Shown here piece after piece: positions 31,585-41,024 of a stretch of 64,000 nt of DNA. Location of the stretch: NCBI GenBank assembly GCA_016714815.1, contig JADKBZ010000016.1, positions 37,659-101,658 on the forward strand. The letters run 5' to 3'. The notes below the pieces were generated by a model that worked only from the letters and a program-made list of their open reading frames with translations, did no database searches and was not told where the DNA came from. Every line of letters begins with the position of its first letter. Position 1 is the stretch's first letter. The translations under genes and the position numbers were made by a program. The stretch comes from Holophagales bacterium. GTDB lineage: Bacteria > Acidobacteriota > Thermoanaerobaculia > UBA5066.

Positions 31585-33046
31585 GCGGGTCGCGCAGCGC
31601 GACCCGCGAGAGCGGAAGCTTCGCCGCGTCCTTGAGCGCCCCCGGATGGTCCGGGTCGCCCGCTTCGATCCCGGACGCCTTGCCGACCGCGAGGACGACG
31701 AGCTTCTCGGGGTCGAGGAGCCTCCTCGCCAGCTTCTGGACGTCGGGGGCGGTCACCGCCCGGACCTTCTCCCGGTAGTCGACCCACCAGTCCTCGGGCC
31801 AGCCGGTGAGATGCTCCTCCGCGAACCGGTTCGCGATGGCCTGGCGGCTTCCCCACTGGGCCGGGAACGACTCGACGAGCCCGTCCTGGATCGAGGTCAG
31901 CTCGGCCACGGTGAGTGGCTCGTCCTTCAGCCGCTGCATCTCGGCGAGCGCGAGGCGGAGGGCGTAGGCGACGGTCGTGTTCTTCGTCTGCAGGCCGCCG
32001 GTGAGGTCGCCGCGGTAGAACGGCCCTTCGCCGAGAGCCGTCCTCACGCCGTACGTGAGCCCTTCGTCGGAGCGGATCTTCTTCATCAGCCGGGCCGCGA
32101 AGCCGCCGCCGCCGAGGACGTGGTTCATCACCATCGCCGGGTACCAGTCGGGGTCCGAGCGGCGCATGCCGGGGAAGGCCCACTGGAGCATCGCCTGCGG
32201 GGCGTCCTTGTCGCAGACGTAGAGGCCGGGCTTGCGGGTGAAGTCCGGCGCCGGGACCTTCGGGCTCGGGCGCGCCGAAGTGCCGGGCGCGATCGCCCCG
32301 ACCGTCCGGTTCAGGAGGTCGGTCATGGCCTTCTTCTCGAACTTCCCGGAGACGGCGACCGCGAGGTTCGCCGGGTGGAGGAGTCCCGAATGGAAGGCGA
32401 GGAGGTCCTCGCGCGAGATCGCGTCGAGGCTCGCGGCCGTCGTGTTTTCCGTGGCGAAGAACTTCTCGCCGAAGAGGAGAGTGGGCATCTGGATCTGGGC
32501 GATCGACGTGACGGCGTCGTTGCGCCGCTCGAGCGCCTGCCTCGCGCTCTTCTTGGCGAGGTCGAGCCGGTCCTGCGCGAAGGCCGGCTGCGTGAGCGCC
32601 TGCATCAGCAGGTCGACGCCCTCGGCCAGGTCCTTCTCCTGGACCTGGAGATAGAGGCTGCCGCTCGTGTTCCCGCAGCTGCTCGAGAGGGTGGCCGCGA
32701 GGGCCTCGAGGCGGTCCTCGACCGCGGCGGCGTCCTTCTTCTGCGTTCCGCCGACGGCGAGCTGCGATCCGAAGAGGCTCGCGAGACCTTCCTTGCCGGC
32801 CGGCTCCAGGTACGCGCCGCCCCGCCACCAGACGGTGATCCTCACGAGCGGGACCCCCGTCGGGTCGGAGACGAGGTACGCCGGGACCTTGTTCCTGAGG
32901 ACGACCTTCGCGTCCTTCGCCTTCGGCACCTGGAACGTGAGGGGGGCGTACGCCAGCTTCTCGGGGCGGTCGGGGATCGCCTGGCCGGAGGCCGAGGACG
33001 CCGACACGGCGAGCAGAAGGGCGGTGCAATTCACGAAACGGTTCAT
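31562..33046 (-). CDS. M16 family peptidase, non-catalytic (beta-type) subunit
   Basis: Signal peptide, no HxxEH, GGGGFAARLMKKIRSDEGLTY. Confidence 0.88.
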   Translation of the reverse strand: MNRFVNCTALLLAVSASSASGQAIPDRPEKLAYAPLTFQVPKAKDAKVVLRNKVPAYLVSDPTGVPLVRITVWWRGGAYLEPAGKEGLASLFGSQLAVGGTQKKDAAAVEDRLEALAATLSSSCGNTSGSLYLQVQEKDLAEGVDLLMQALTQPAFAQDRLDLAKKSARQALERRNDAVTSIAQIQMPTLLFGEKFFATENTTAASLDAISREDLLAFHSGLLHPANLAVAVSGKFEKKAMTDLLNRTVGAIAPGTSARPSPKVPAPDFTRKPGLYVCDKDAPQAMLQWAFPGMRRSDPDWYPAMVMNHVLGGGGFAARLMKKIRSDEGLTYGVRTALGEGPFYRGDLTGGLQTKNTTVAYALRLALAEMQRLKDEPLTVAELTSIQDGLVESFPAQWGSRQAIANRFAEEHLTGWPEDWWVDYREKVRAVTAPDVQKLARRLLDPEKLVVLAVGKASGIEAGDPDHPGALKDAAKLPLSRVALRDPLTLKPIP

Positions 33047-34719
33047 CCCTTCACCTCCGGGGCGGGCGCGGCGGCTGGGGCGGGAGGCGCTCCGGGCATG
33101 GCGCCGGGGGCCGGCGGCCCGCCGGGCCGCCGCCTCGGCATTCCCTCTCCACTCCCCGCTCCCTTGCGGGTCGTGAGGAGGACGCTGCGGCTCTCCTTCA
33201 CGAGGTACTGCTTCGCCACGCGCGAGACGTCCTCGCGGGTGACGGCCTCGACCTTCTTCGGGGCGTCGAGGAGGTCCCGGTAGGTGCCGGCGCTCTCGGC
33301 CTGGGAGAGCGATTCGCGGATGCCGGAGTTGCTCTCGAGGCGGGTGTAGTAGCCGACGCGGATGGCGTTCTTCGCCCGGGAGAGCTCGTCGTCGGTGACG
33401 CCCTCCTTCACGACCTTCTCGAGCTCGGCGTAGAGGAGAGGCTCGACCTCGTCGGGCCGCTTGCCGGGAGCCGGGGTCGCGGTGAGCACGAAGAGTCCGC
33501 CGTACTTCTGGCCCCGGAACGAGGCGGAGGCGCGCGTCGCGACCTTCTTGTCGAGGACGAGCGACCGGTGGAGCCGCCCCGACGGCGGGCGCATGCCGCC
33601 GCCCGCGCCGGGCCGGCCCATCATCGGCGCGCCGCCGAGGATCACGCCGAGGACCTGCAGCGCCGCGGCGTCGCGGTGGACGGCGGGGACCGCCTTGTAG
33701 TCGGCCTCCACCGATGGCGTCATCTCGACCTCGGCCACCATCCGCTGCTCGGCGGGCTGCGCGGGCTCGAGCGTCACGACCTCGGGGACCCCCTTCGGGT
33801 TCGCGGGGATCCGGCCGAAGTACTTCTCCATGAGGGCGTACGTCTTCTCGGGGTCGAGGTCGCCGACGAGAATCGCCGTGAGGTTGTTCGGGGCGTAGTA
33901 GGTGGCGAAGAACTCGCTCCCCTGCTCGCGCGTCACCTGGGCGATGTCGCTCGGCCAGCCGATGACCTCCCAGCTGTACGGGTGGGCCATCCAGGTCATC
34001 GCGTTGAACGCCTCGTTCACCGTCCCGCCGGGGCGCGACTCGAGGGTCTGCCGCCGCTCCTCGAGGATGACGTTGCGCTCGCTGTAGAACTCGCGGAAGA
34101 CCGGGTTCGCGAGCCGGTCGGACTCGAGCCAGGCCCAGAGCTCGAGCTTGTTCGCCGGGAGGCCGACGATGTAGAAGGTCCGGTCGTTGCTCGTCGAGGC
34201 GTTCAGCCCGGTCGAGCCCTCCTCCTGGTAGAGCTTGTCCATCTCGTCCTTGACGATGAGCGCGCGCTGCTCCTTCACGAGCGCGTCGAACTTCGCGAGG
34301 AGCTCCGTCAGGCGGGGCGTGCGGACGGCGGGATCCATCATGTCCCGGATCTCGCCGCGCCGCTGCTTTTCGCGCAGGACCGACATCTCCTCGCGGATCC
34401 CGACCTGCACCTCGTCCTGGAGCCGGTTCAGCTCGAGGTCGCGCGCGGCGTCCTTCGTGCCGATCGTCTTCGTCCCCTTGAACATCATGTGCTCGAAGAG
34501 GTGGGCGAGGCCGGTGATGCCGGGGCGTTCGTTGGCGCTCCCGACGCGGGCCAGCCAGCCGCAGGAGACCGTCGGCTGATCGTGCCTCGCGACCATCAGG
34601 AGCTTCATGCCGTTCGGCAGGGTCCGCTCGACGACGGGAATGTCCTGGGCGTAAAGGGGGGCCGCCGCGGCCGCCGTGGCGAGCAGGGCGGCGAGGATGC
34701 GCCCTCGCGGGATCTTCAT
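33043..34719 (-). CDS. M16 family Zn peptidase, catalytic subunit
   Basis: Signal peptide, TLPNGMK, GLAHLFEHMMFKG (HxxEH), ERNVILEERR, YAPNN. Confidence 0.92.
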   Translation of the reverse strand: MKIPRGRILAALLATAAAAAPLYAQDIPVVERTLPNGMKLLMVARHDQPTVSCGWLARVGSANERPGITGLAHLFEHMMFKGTKTIGTKDAARDLELNRLQDEVQVGIREEMSVLREKQRRGEIRDMMDPAVRTPRLTELLAKFDALVKEQRALIVKDEMDKLYQEEGSTGLNASTSNDRTFYIVGLPANKLELWAWLESDRLANPVFREFYSERNVILEERRQTLESRPGGTVNEAFNAMTWMAHPYSWEVIGWPSDIAQVTREQGSEFFATYYAPNNLTAILVGDLDPEKTYALMEKYFGRIPANPKGVPEVVTLEPAQPAEQRMVAEVEMTPSVEADYKAVPAVHRDAAALQVLGVILGGAPMMGRPGAGGGMRPPSGRLHRSLVLDKKVATRASASFRGQKYGGLFVLTATPAPGKRPDEVEPLLYAELEKVVKEGVTDDELSRAKNAIRVGYYTRLESNSGIRESLSQAESAGTYRDLLDAPKKVEAVTREDVSRVAKQYLVKESRSVLLTTRKGAGSGEGMPRRRPGGPPAPGAMPGAPPAPAAAPAPEVKG

Positions 34720-34865
34720 GGCTTCTCCTCCGGGTGCGTCTTCGGTCGGGATGGCGGTGACCCGCGCGGGATGCGCGGGCCAACGGGCATTGTAGGCGGC
34801 GAAGGACCCGGACAGGTCGCCGCGGCCCGGAAACCTCGTCCCGGCCGACAGCGGACGCCGCTGCG

Positions 34866-36356
34866 TCAGGCGGATCCCGCCGGCGCCCTGTCGCGCTCGA
34901 GGTCCCGGCCGAGCGACTCGATCGTTTCGAGCAGCCTGTCGATCGTCGCCTCGTCCGTCAGCGGGTTCATCAGGGTGAGCCGGAGCCAGCGCCGGCCGGC
35001 GACGTCCGCCTGGGTCACGAGGAAATCGCCGCGCCTCATCAGCTCCTGCCGGATTCGGGACTGGATCGCGTCGTCGCCGGCGTACCGGAAGCAGAGGATG
35101 TTCGACTCGGGCGGGCAGAGCGTCTCGAAGCCTTCGCGCCGGGAGATCTGATCGTGGACTCGCCCGGCAAGGCCGAAGACGGCCTCTATGTTTGCGGCCA
35201 TCCCCGCCTCGCCGACGAAGGCGAGCGTCAGGAGGAGCTTCAGGCCCAGTGGGGTCTTGGTGCACTCGAACTGCTGCTCGATGAAATCGACGCCGGTTTC
35301 GCGGTGCCCCTCGGTCACGTAGACCGCGTCCTGCCGGAAGGCCCGGCCCAGCGTGGCCCCGTCTCTGAAAAGAACGGCAGTGCAGAGCGCCGAGGTCTGG
35401 AGGAGCTTGTGCGCGTCCCAGACGAGCGAGTCGGCGAGCTCGACGCCCGCGAGCCGCCGCGACTCGGTCGGGTGGATGAGCACCGAGGCCCCGTGCGCCC
35501 CGTCGACGTGGAACCAGAGCCCTCGCTCCCGGCAGAAGGCGCCGACCTCGGCCAGCGGATCGTAGAGGCCGGTGGCGGTGGCGCAGGCGTTGGCGCAGAC
35601 GGCGAGCACGCGGCGCCCTTCGGCACCGACCCGCTCGACCACCGCGGGGAGCGCCTCGGGCAGCAGGCGGCCGAAGGCGTCGCAGGGGACCTTCACGAGG
35701 GCCTGCGTGCCGAGGCCCAGGATCGCGGCGGCCCGCGCGACGGAGTAGTGGGCGCTCCCCGAGGCGAGGAGGACGAGGTCGGAGGGCGTGCCTCTCTCCC
35801 AGGCCTCCGGGGCGATCGCCGCGCGGGCGGCGAGGAGGGCGGTGAGGTTCGCGAGCGAGCCGCCATTCGTCAGCACCCCTCCCCCTGCGGCTCCGGGCGC
35901 GGGAGGCCTGTCCGGGTCGCGGCCGGTCGGCTGCCACCCGACCTTCGAGAGCATCCAGTCGATCATCGCGACTTCGATGGCACCGGCCGTGGGTCCCATC
36001 TCGTAGACGGACATCCCGTTGTTCAGGACGCCCGCGATCAGGTCGGCGAGGGCCGCGCCGTAGTGGGGGAGCGCGATCTGGTGGGCCATGTAGCCGGGGT
36101 GTTGGAGCCGCGTCGCCCCGTCGAGGAAGCCCCTCACGAGCTTCTCGAACTGTGCGTCGCTCACGCCCCCCTCTGCGATCAGGTCCTCGATCCCGAGGCT
36201 CCGGATGAGGGCGCCGACGTCCTCGAGGCGGGCGACCTTTCCGTCCCCACGCCGGCTCGTCTCGACGAAGTCGCTGAGAAGCCGGAGCACGAGCTCTCCG
36301 TGCCGCCGGAATGCCTCGGTGCTCCAGCACGTCGTCGGGGTCAACGTCTGTTCCAC
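34866..36356 (-). CDS. group II PLP-dependent amino acid decarboxylase
   Basis: HPGYMAHQ, TNGGSLANL, AHYSV, HVDGAHG, WDAHK (PLP lysine). Confidence 0.92.
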   Translation of the reverse strand: MEQTLTPTTCWSTEAFRRHGELVLRLLSDFVETSRRGDGKVARLEDVGALIRSLGIEDLIAEGGVSDAQFEKLVRGFLDGATRLQHPGYMAHQIALPHYGAALADLIAGVLNNGMSVYEMGPTAGAIEVAMIDWMLSKVGWQPTGRDPDRPPAPGAAGGGVLTNGGSLANLTALLAARAAIAPEAWERGTPSDLVLLASGSAHYSVARAAAILGLGTQALVKVPCDAFGRLLPEALPAVVERVGAEGRRVLAVCANACATATGLYDPLAEVGAFCRERGLWFHVDGAHGASVLIHPTESRRLAGVELADSLVWDAHKLLQTSALCTAVLFRDGATLGRAFRQDAVYVTEGHRETGVDFIEQQFECTKTPLGLKLLLTLAFVGEAGMAANIEAVFGLAGRVHDQISRREGFETLCPPESNILCFRYAGDDAIQSRIRQELMRRGDFLVTQADVAGRRWLRLTLMNPLTDEATIDRLLETIESLGRDLERDRAPAGSA

Positions 36357-36437
36357 TCGCGCACGCCCTCCGCGGGAATGCTACCCGGTGCCGGGTCCGT
36401 AGACGTCCGCGATGACGGGTTGCCTATACTGAAAGGC

Positions 36438-37139
36438 ATGGCGCTCCCCCGTTTTCAGAAGCTCTCCGCCGAACGACGGCACGGTCTGATCGCCGCCGCT
36501 GCGGAGGAGTTTGCCGAGAAGGGCTACGACGGTGCCGCGCTCGTGGCGATCGCCGAGAGGTCCGGGATCGGGAAGGCCTCGGTCTACTACTACTTCGCTG
36601 ACAAGGCCGACCTCTGCTCGACCGTCCTCGACGAGGCGTGGAAGCTCCTCCGGCTCGAGGGTCGCGTGAACCTGAAGACCCTGACCGCCGAGACCTTCTG
36701 GTCGTCCGTCCAGGCGGCAGCCCGGGAGAACCTCACCCGCTGCAACCAGGAGCCCTGGCTCCTCGCGGCCTCGAAGATCCTGAACAGGGCTGCAGCCGAC
36801 CCGAACGGCGGAGGAGTCCTCGGCGAGTTCGCGGCGAAGCGCCGCGCCTGGGAGGAGGCGTACGTCCGCCGGGGGCAGGAGCTCGGGGCCGTCCGCAAGG
36901 ATCTTCCGGCGGAGCTGCTCGTGACGGTATCCCTCGCCGCCAGGCAGGCCGCGAACCTCTGGATCCTCGAGCACCTCGAGAAGAACGGGGAGAGAACGCA
37001 GTCACACCTGGCCGGACACGTTTTCGAGATCTACCGGGCCGTCCTGTCGCCGCCGCCGGACTGGGGCGGGCCTCCCGTGGTCCCGGCGTTTACGGTCGTC
37101 CCTGGATCCGCCGACCGCCCCGGCTCGCGCTCCGCGTAG
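36438..37139 (+). CDS. TetR/AcrR family transcriptional regulator
   Basis: EEFAEKGYDGA...IAERSGIGKASVYYYFADKADL HTH; divergent from the decarboxylase. Confidence 0.92.
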   Translation: MALPRFQKLSAERRHGLIAAAAEEFAEKGYDGAALVAIAERSGIGKASVYYYFADKADLCSTVLDEAWKLLRLEGRVNLKTLTAETFWSSVQAAARENLTRCNQEPWLLAASKILNRAAADPNGGGVLGEFAAKRRAWEEAYVRRGQELGAVRKDLPAELLVTVSLAARQAANLWILEHLEKNGERTQSHLAGHVFEIYRAVLSPPPDWGGPPVVPAFTVVPGSADRPGSRSA

Positions 37140-37239
37140 CGCTTCCTTCCCTTCGCCAGGAGTTCCCCCGCACACGTTCGCGGGGGAGCTGCCGAACCGG
37201 GACAGGCGAGGGGCCCCGAACGGAAACTCACGGCTACCC

Positions 37240-37268
37240 TTGACATCGCAATTTCTTCGACCCATCAT
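37240..37268 (+). promoter_or_regulatory. putative sigma70 promoter of the TonB receptor operon
   Basis: TTGACA-17 nt-CATCAT; GAGGAGG Shine-Dalgarno before ATG 37317. Confidence 0.55.
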
Positions 37269-37316
37269 TCCGACCGACGAGTCGAAAACAGTTCGGTTCG
37301 CCGAGGAGGGCTGGCC

Positions 37317-39680
37317 ATGAGGAGCGTTGGCGTTGCGCGTGGGTTGGTGATTCTCCTGGCACTCGGTCTGGTTCCGCAGGCCGCGGACGCGCAGGGGGTC
37401 GCGTCTCTCTCGGGCGTCGTCCGTGACACGAGCGGGGGCGCGCTGCCCGGGGCGAGCGTGCAGATGGAAACGGTCAAGGGCGGCGGCCGGCGCTTCACCC
37501 AGGCCAACGCGCAGGGCCACTACGCCTTTGCGAACGTGGCTCCCGGCTCCTACCGCGTGACCGCCACCCTCAGCTCCTTCACCCCTGGCAAGGCCGAGCT
37601 GACGCTCGCGGCCGGCCAGTCCGCCACGAAGGACTTCAGCCTCGACTTCTCCTACTTCGCCAACGTCACTGTCACGCCGCAGAAACGCGAGGAGCAGATT
37701 CTCGACGTTCCGGCGGCGATCTCCGCGGTCGGCGGAGAAGCCATTCAAGATCAGGGCGTCACCGACCTCAACCAGATCGCCGCGACCATCCCGGGCATGT
37801 CCATGGTGGAAAGCCAGGCAGGCTCGACCCGCGTTCAGATAAGGGGCATATCGTCTCCCCAGAACCTGCCGACGACAGGTCTCTACCTGGATGAAACGTC
37901 GATCGCCGGCGACTCTGCGGGGAGCGCTCTCGCCGTCCAGATGATCGACCTCGACCGCGTCGAGGTCCTGCGCGGGCCGCAGGGAACCCTGTACGGGGCC
38001 GGGTCGATGGGGGGCACGATCAAGTACATGACGAAGGACCCGAAGCTCGACGCCCTGGGGCTCGAGTTCGACAGCGCGGCCGGCGCGGTCACGGACGGCG
38101 CCGCGACCGGTCGCGCTTCCCTGGTCGTGAACCTCCCCCTCATCAAGGACCAACTCGCGGTCCGGCTCGTCGGCGGCTACGAGCGCAACGCCTCGTGGGT
38201 GAACTACCCGCTCGCGAACGGGGAGGACGTCAACGGCGGCGACACGAAGACGCTCCGCATCAAGACCCTCTGGACCCCGAGCGAGAAGTTCTCCGCGTCG
38301 CTCCTCCTCATGGGGCAGAACGGGGACTACAAGGGACCGAACTTTGCCGACAAGGACCGCACCGCACCGTACATCATCGAGCAGCCGTACGAGGGCCGGT
38401 CGAAGATCGGGAACCTGATCCTCAACTTCGACGCCGGCGCGTTCACGATCCTGAGCTCGACGGGCTACGGCCACGATACCGGCAAGTCGACGAACGACTT
38501 CACGTCGATCTTCGGACCGATCTACGACCTCTTCGGGTTCCCTCCGGGCACGGTCAAGAGCGTCAACTACTGGACCGACGGAGACGCCAAGCAGTGGAAC
38601 CAGGAACTCCGCTTCGCCTCGAAGGGCCTCGGCCCGTTCACCTGGACCGCTGGCCTCTACTACCGCCACGCCACGACCGACAGCATCCAGGGAACGATCT
38701 CGACACCCAATCCCCTGCCGGGAATGGAGATCCTCGATTTCCAGCAGAACCAGAAATCCGAGCAGATGGCCCTGTTCGGCGAGGCCAGCTACGCCTTCTC
38801 GCCGAAGTTCGCGGCGACACTCGGCCTTCGGGAATTCCGCGACAAGCGTGAGCAGTCCGGCTACCAGGTGAGCTTCGGCACGCCGCTGCCCCCCGAAAGC
38901 CACGAAGAGACCTTCACGTCCTTCAATCCCCGGGTCGTTCTCTCCTGGCGTCCGGCCGACGGAAAGCTCTTTTACGCCAGCGCGGCCAAGGGATTCCGGA
39001 GCGGCGGGTTCAACAACCTCCCCGCGGGCTGCACGCTCCCCGAGGCCTACGACCCCGAGACGCTCTGGACCTACGAGGTCGGCTCCAGCGTCAGCGTGGA
39101 CCAGGGCCGCTTCGTGGCGCAGGGGGCGATCTTCCACAACGAGTGGTCGGACATCCAGACGCTGACGACGTGCCCGGGCCTCCCCCTCGTCCAGACCGCG
39201 AACGTGGGCAAGGCCAGCGGCACGGGCGTCGACCTGCAGCTCACGATCGCGGCGAGCCGGGCGCTCAGGTTCACGGTGTCGGGGAACTACAACGACTCGA
39301 AGTACGACTCCACCTCCGTCGCTCACAACGAAGGGGACCAGATCGACTACGTCTCCAAGTACACGCTCGGCCTGGCGGCGGACTGGAGCTTCCGCTGGTC
39401 GCCGGAGATGCCCGGGATGTTCCACGTCGACTACCAGAGCGTCGGCTCCTACGCAATCAACCTCCGCAACTACGGGATCCCTCCGCTCGAGTCGGACGTC
39501 ATCGGCGGCCTGAACGCACGCCTCTCCCTGTCCATCGGCCAGGTGGAGTTCTCGGTGTACGGCCATAACCTGCTCGACCAGAACGACGCCGTGCAGCCGG
39601 CGATCCCGCTCGGCGGGGTGCCGTCGCCGGTCAGCCAGCAGCCGCGCACGATCGGCGCGGGGTTCGGCTTCAAGCTGTAG
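37317..39680 (+). CDS. TonB-dependent receptor with N-terminal CarboxypepD_reg-like domain
   Basis: Signal peptide, GVVRDTSGGALPGASV, RVEVLRGPQGTLYGAGSMGG, KGFRSGGFN, C-terminal QPRTIGAGFGFKL. Confidence 0.95.
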   Translation: MRSVGVARGLVILLALGLVPQAADAQGVASLSGVVRDTSGGALPGASVQMETVKGGGRRFTQANAQGHYAFANVAPGSYRVTATLSSFTPGKAELTLAAGQSATKDFSLDFSYFANVTVTPQKREEQILDVPAAISAVGGEAIQDQGVTDLNQIAATIPGMSMVESQAGSTRVQIRGISSPQNLPTTGLYLDETSIAGDSAGSALAVQMIDLDRVEVLRGPQGTLYGAGSMGGTIKYMTKDPKLDALGLEFDSAAGAVTDGAATGRASLVVNLPLIKDQLAVRLVGGYERNASWVNYPLANGEDVNGGDTKTLRIKTLWTPSEKFSASLLLMGQNGDYKGPNFADKDRTAPYIIEQPYEGRSKIGNLILNFDAGAFTILSSTGYGHDTGKSTNDFTSIFGPIYDLFGFPPGTVKSVNYWTDGDAKQWNQELRFASKGLGPFTWTAGLYYRHATTDSIQGTISTPNPLPGMEILDFQQNQKSEQMALFGEASYAFSPKFAATLGLREFRDKREQSGYQVSFGTPLPPESHEETFTSFNPRVVLSWRPADGKLFYASAAKGFRSGGFNNLPAGCTLPEAYDPETLWTYEVGSSVSVDQGRFVAQGAIFHNEWSDIQTLTTCPGLPLVQTANVGKASGTGVDLQLTIAASRALRFTVSGNYNDSKYDSTSVAHNEGDQIDYVSKYTLGLAADWSFRWSPEMPGMFHVDYQSVGSYAINLRNYGIPPLESDVIGGLNARLSLSIGQVEFSVYGHNLLDQNDAVQPAIPLGGVPSPVSQQPRTIGAGFGFKL

Positions 39681-39696
39681 TCGCTCGCCCACCCGA

Positions 39697-39729
39697 GACC
39701 ACCGCCGCCCGAGGCGGGCGGCGGTGGTC
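39697..39729. terminator. 14-bp GC stem-loop after the TonB receptor (no U-tract; terminator or mRNA-stabilising element)
   Basis: gaccaccgccgccc-gaggc-gggcggcggtggtc. Confidence 0.6.
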
Positions 39730-39788
39730 GAAGATGCGGCCCGCACCGTGCGGATCGAACCTCCGGGATCGGAGGGAAGGGCGCTGCC

Positions 39789-41024
39789 ATGGGAAACCCC
39801 GTCCTGTCATTCCTCAGCCGCGACTGGGCCGGACTGCCGGTCGCCGCCGTCGTGGCGCTGCTCGGAGGATGGTGTCTGCGCGTCGGCCGGGCCAGCGGCG
39901 GGACGGGGGCGGCGGCCGTCGGCACCGCGCTGCTGGTCGTCGCGGGGCTCCTGGCGCTCGGGTCCGTCTGGCATCTCGTTCACGTGGCGCGGACGCGCGC
40001 CCTGCATCCGCCGCCCGGCCGGCTCGTCGACGTGGGCGGCTACCGGATGCACGTCGTCGCCGAGGGAGAGAGCGGGGGGAAGCCCTCGGTCGTCTGGATG
40101 GCCGGGGGGCACGTGGGCGGCTTCGCCATCCACCACCTTCATCGGATGCTGAGGGAAGAGACGCGCTCGATCCTCGTCGATCGTCCCGGAACCGGCTGGA
40201 GCGATATCGGTCCATTTCCGCGCTCGACGGTGCGGGAAGCGGAAGAGATCTTCGCCGCCCTCGACGCTGCCGGGGAGAAGGGGCCATTCGTCCTCGTCGG
40301 CCACTCCTTCGGCGGCCTCCTCGTCGCGAACATGGCGCGGCGCCACCCGGAGCGGCTGGCCGGCCTCGTCCTCCTCGACCCGACGCCTCCCGACACGATC
40401 ATCTACGGACCGCCCCTTCCGGGCCTCTTCCAGATGCGGTACGGAGCGGTCCTGAACGCGCTGCCGCGCCTCTTCGGATTCCACACCGACTTTGCCGGGA
40501 GGCGCATGAGGAAGACGGCACCGCCCGTCTTCAAGAAGGTGCTCGACCTCGTCGAGGAGCGCCTCGGCGAGGCCGGCCGGGCGCTCCGGGCGATCGACTG
40601 CGGAACGAAGGGCGCCTGCACGAGCGCGTCGATCTACTCGGAGCTGACTCCCGCCGGCCTCGCACGGGTCGGATGGGACACGACGCCTTACGACGGAGAC
40701 CTCGGCGACCTGCCGGTCATCCTCGTGAACCCGGCCGACATGGCGGAGCAGGAGCTCGACTACGTCGTGAAGACGGTCGAGCGGCAGACCGGACGGCCGG
40801 TCGACGTGAACCGGCTGCGGCGCTTTTACAAGGGCTCGATGGGGAGGTACCTCTCGTGCTCGAGCCGGGCGGAGCGGGCCTACGCCCCGGCCGGGACGGG
40901 GCACAACTTCCCATATGTCGAGCCCGAGCTCATCGCCGGGGTCGTCCGGAGGCTTCTGACGCCCGGTGTTCCGGTAGCCGCCGCTCCTGCGAATCCCGGA
41001 AGGGCCGAAGGGACCGCCTCGTGA
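39789..41024 (+). CDS. membrane-anchored alpha/beta hydrolase
   Basis: 2 N-terminal TM, PPPGRLVDVGG, DRPGTGWSD, GHSFGG, GTGHNF. Confidence 0.88.
   Translation: MGNPVLSFLSRDWAGLPVAAVVALLGGWCLRVGRASGGTGAAAVGTALLVVAGLLALGSVWHLVHVARTRALHPPPGRLVDVGGYRMHVVAEGESGGKPSVVWMAGGHVGGFAIHHLHRMLREETRSILVDRPGTGWSDIGPFPRSTVREAEEIFAALDAAGEKGPFVLVGHSFGGLLVANMARRHPERLAGLVLLDPTPPDTIIYGPPLPGLFQMRYGAVLNALPRLFGFHTDFAGRRMRKTAPPVFKKVLDLVEERLGEAGRALRAIDCGTKGACTSASIYSELTPAGLARVGWDTTPYDGDLGDLPVILVNPADMAEQELDYVVKTVERQTGRPVDVNRLRRFYKGSMGRYLSCSSRAERAYAPAGTGHNFPYVEPELIAGVVRRLLTPGVPVAAAPANPGRAEGTAS

Noticed and set aside
31562-34719. M16 pair as part of the halopeptide locus
   Set aside because: Opposite strand, exported, has its own -10 (TACAAT at 34789-34794), and catalytic/non-catalytic M16 pairs are common housekeeping genes.
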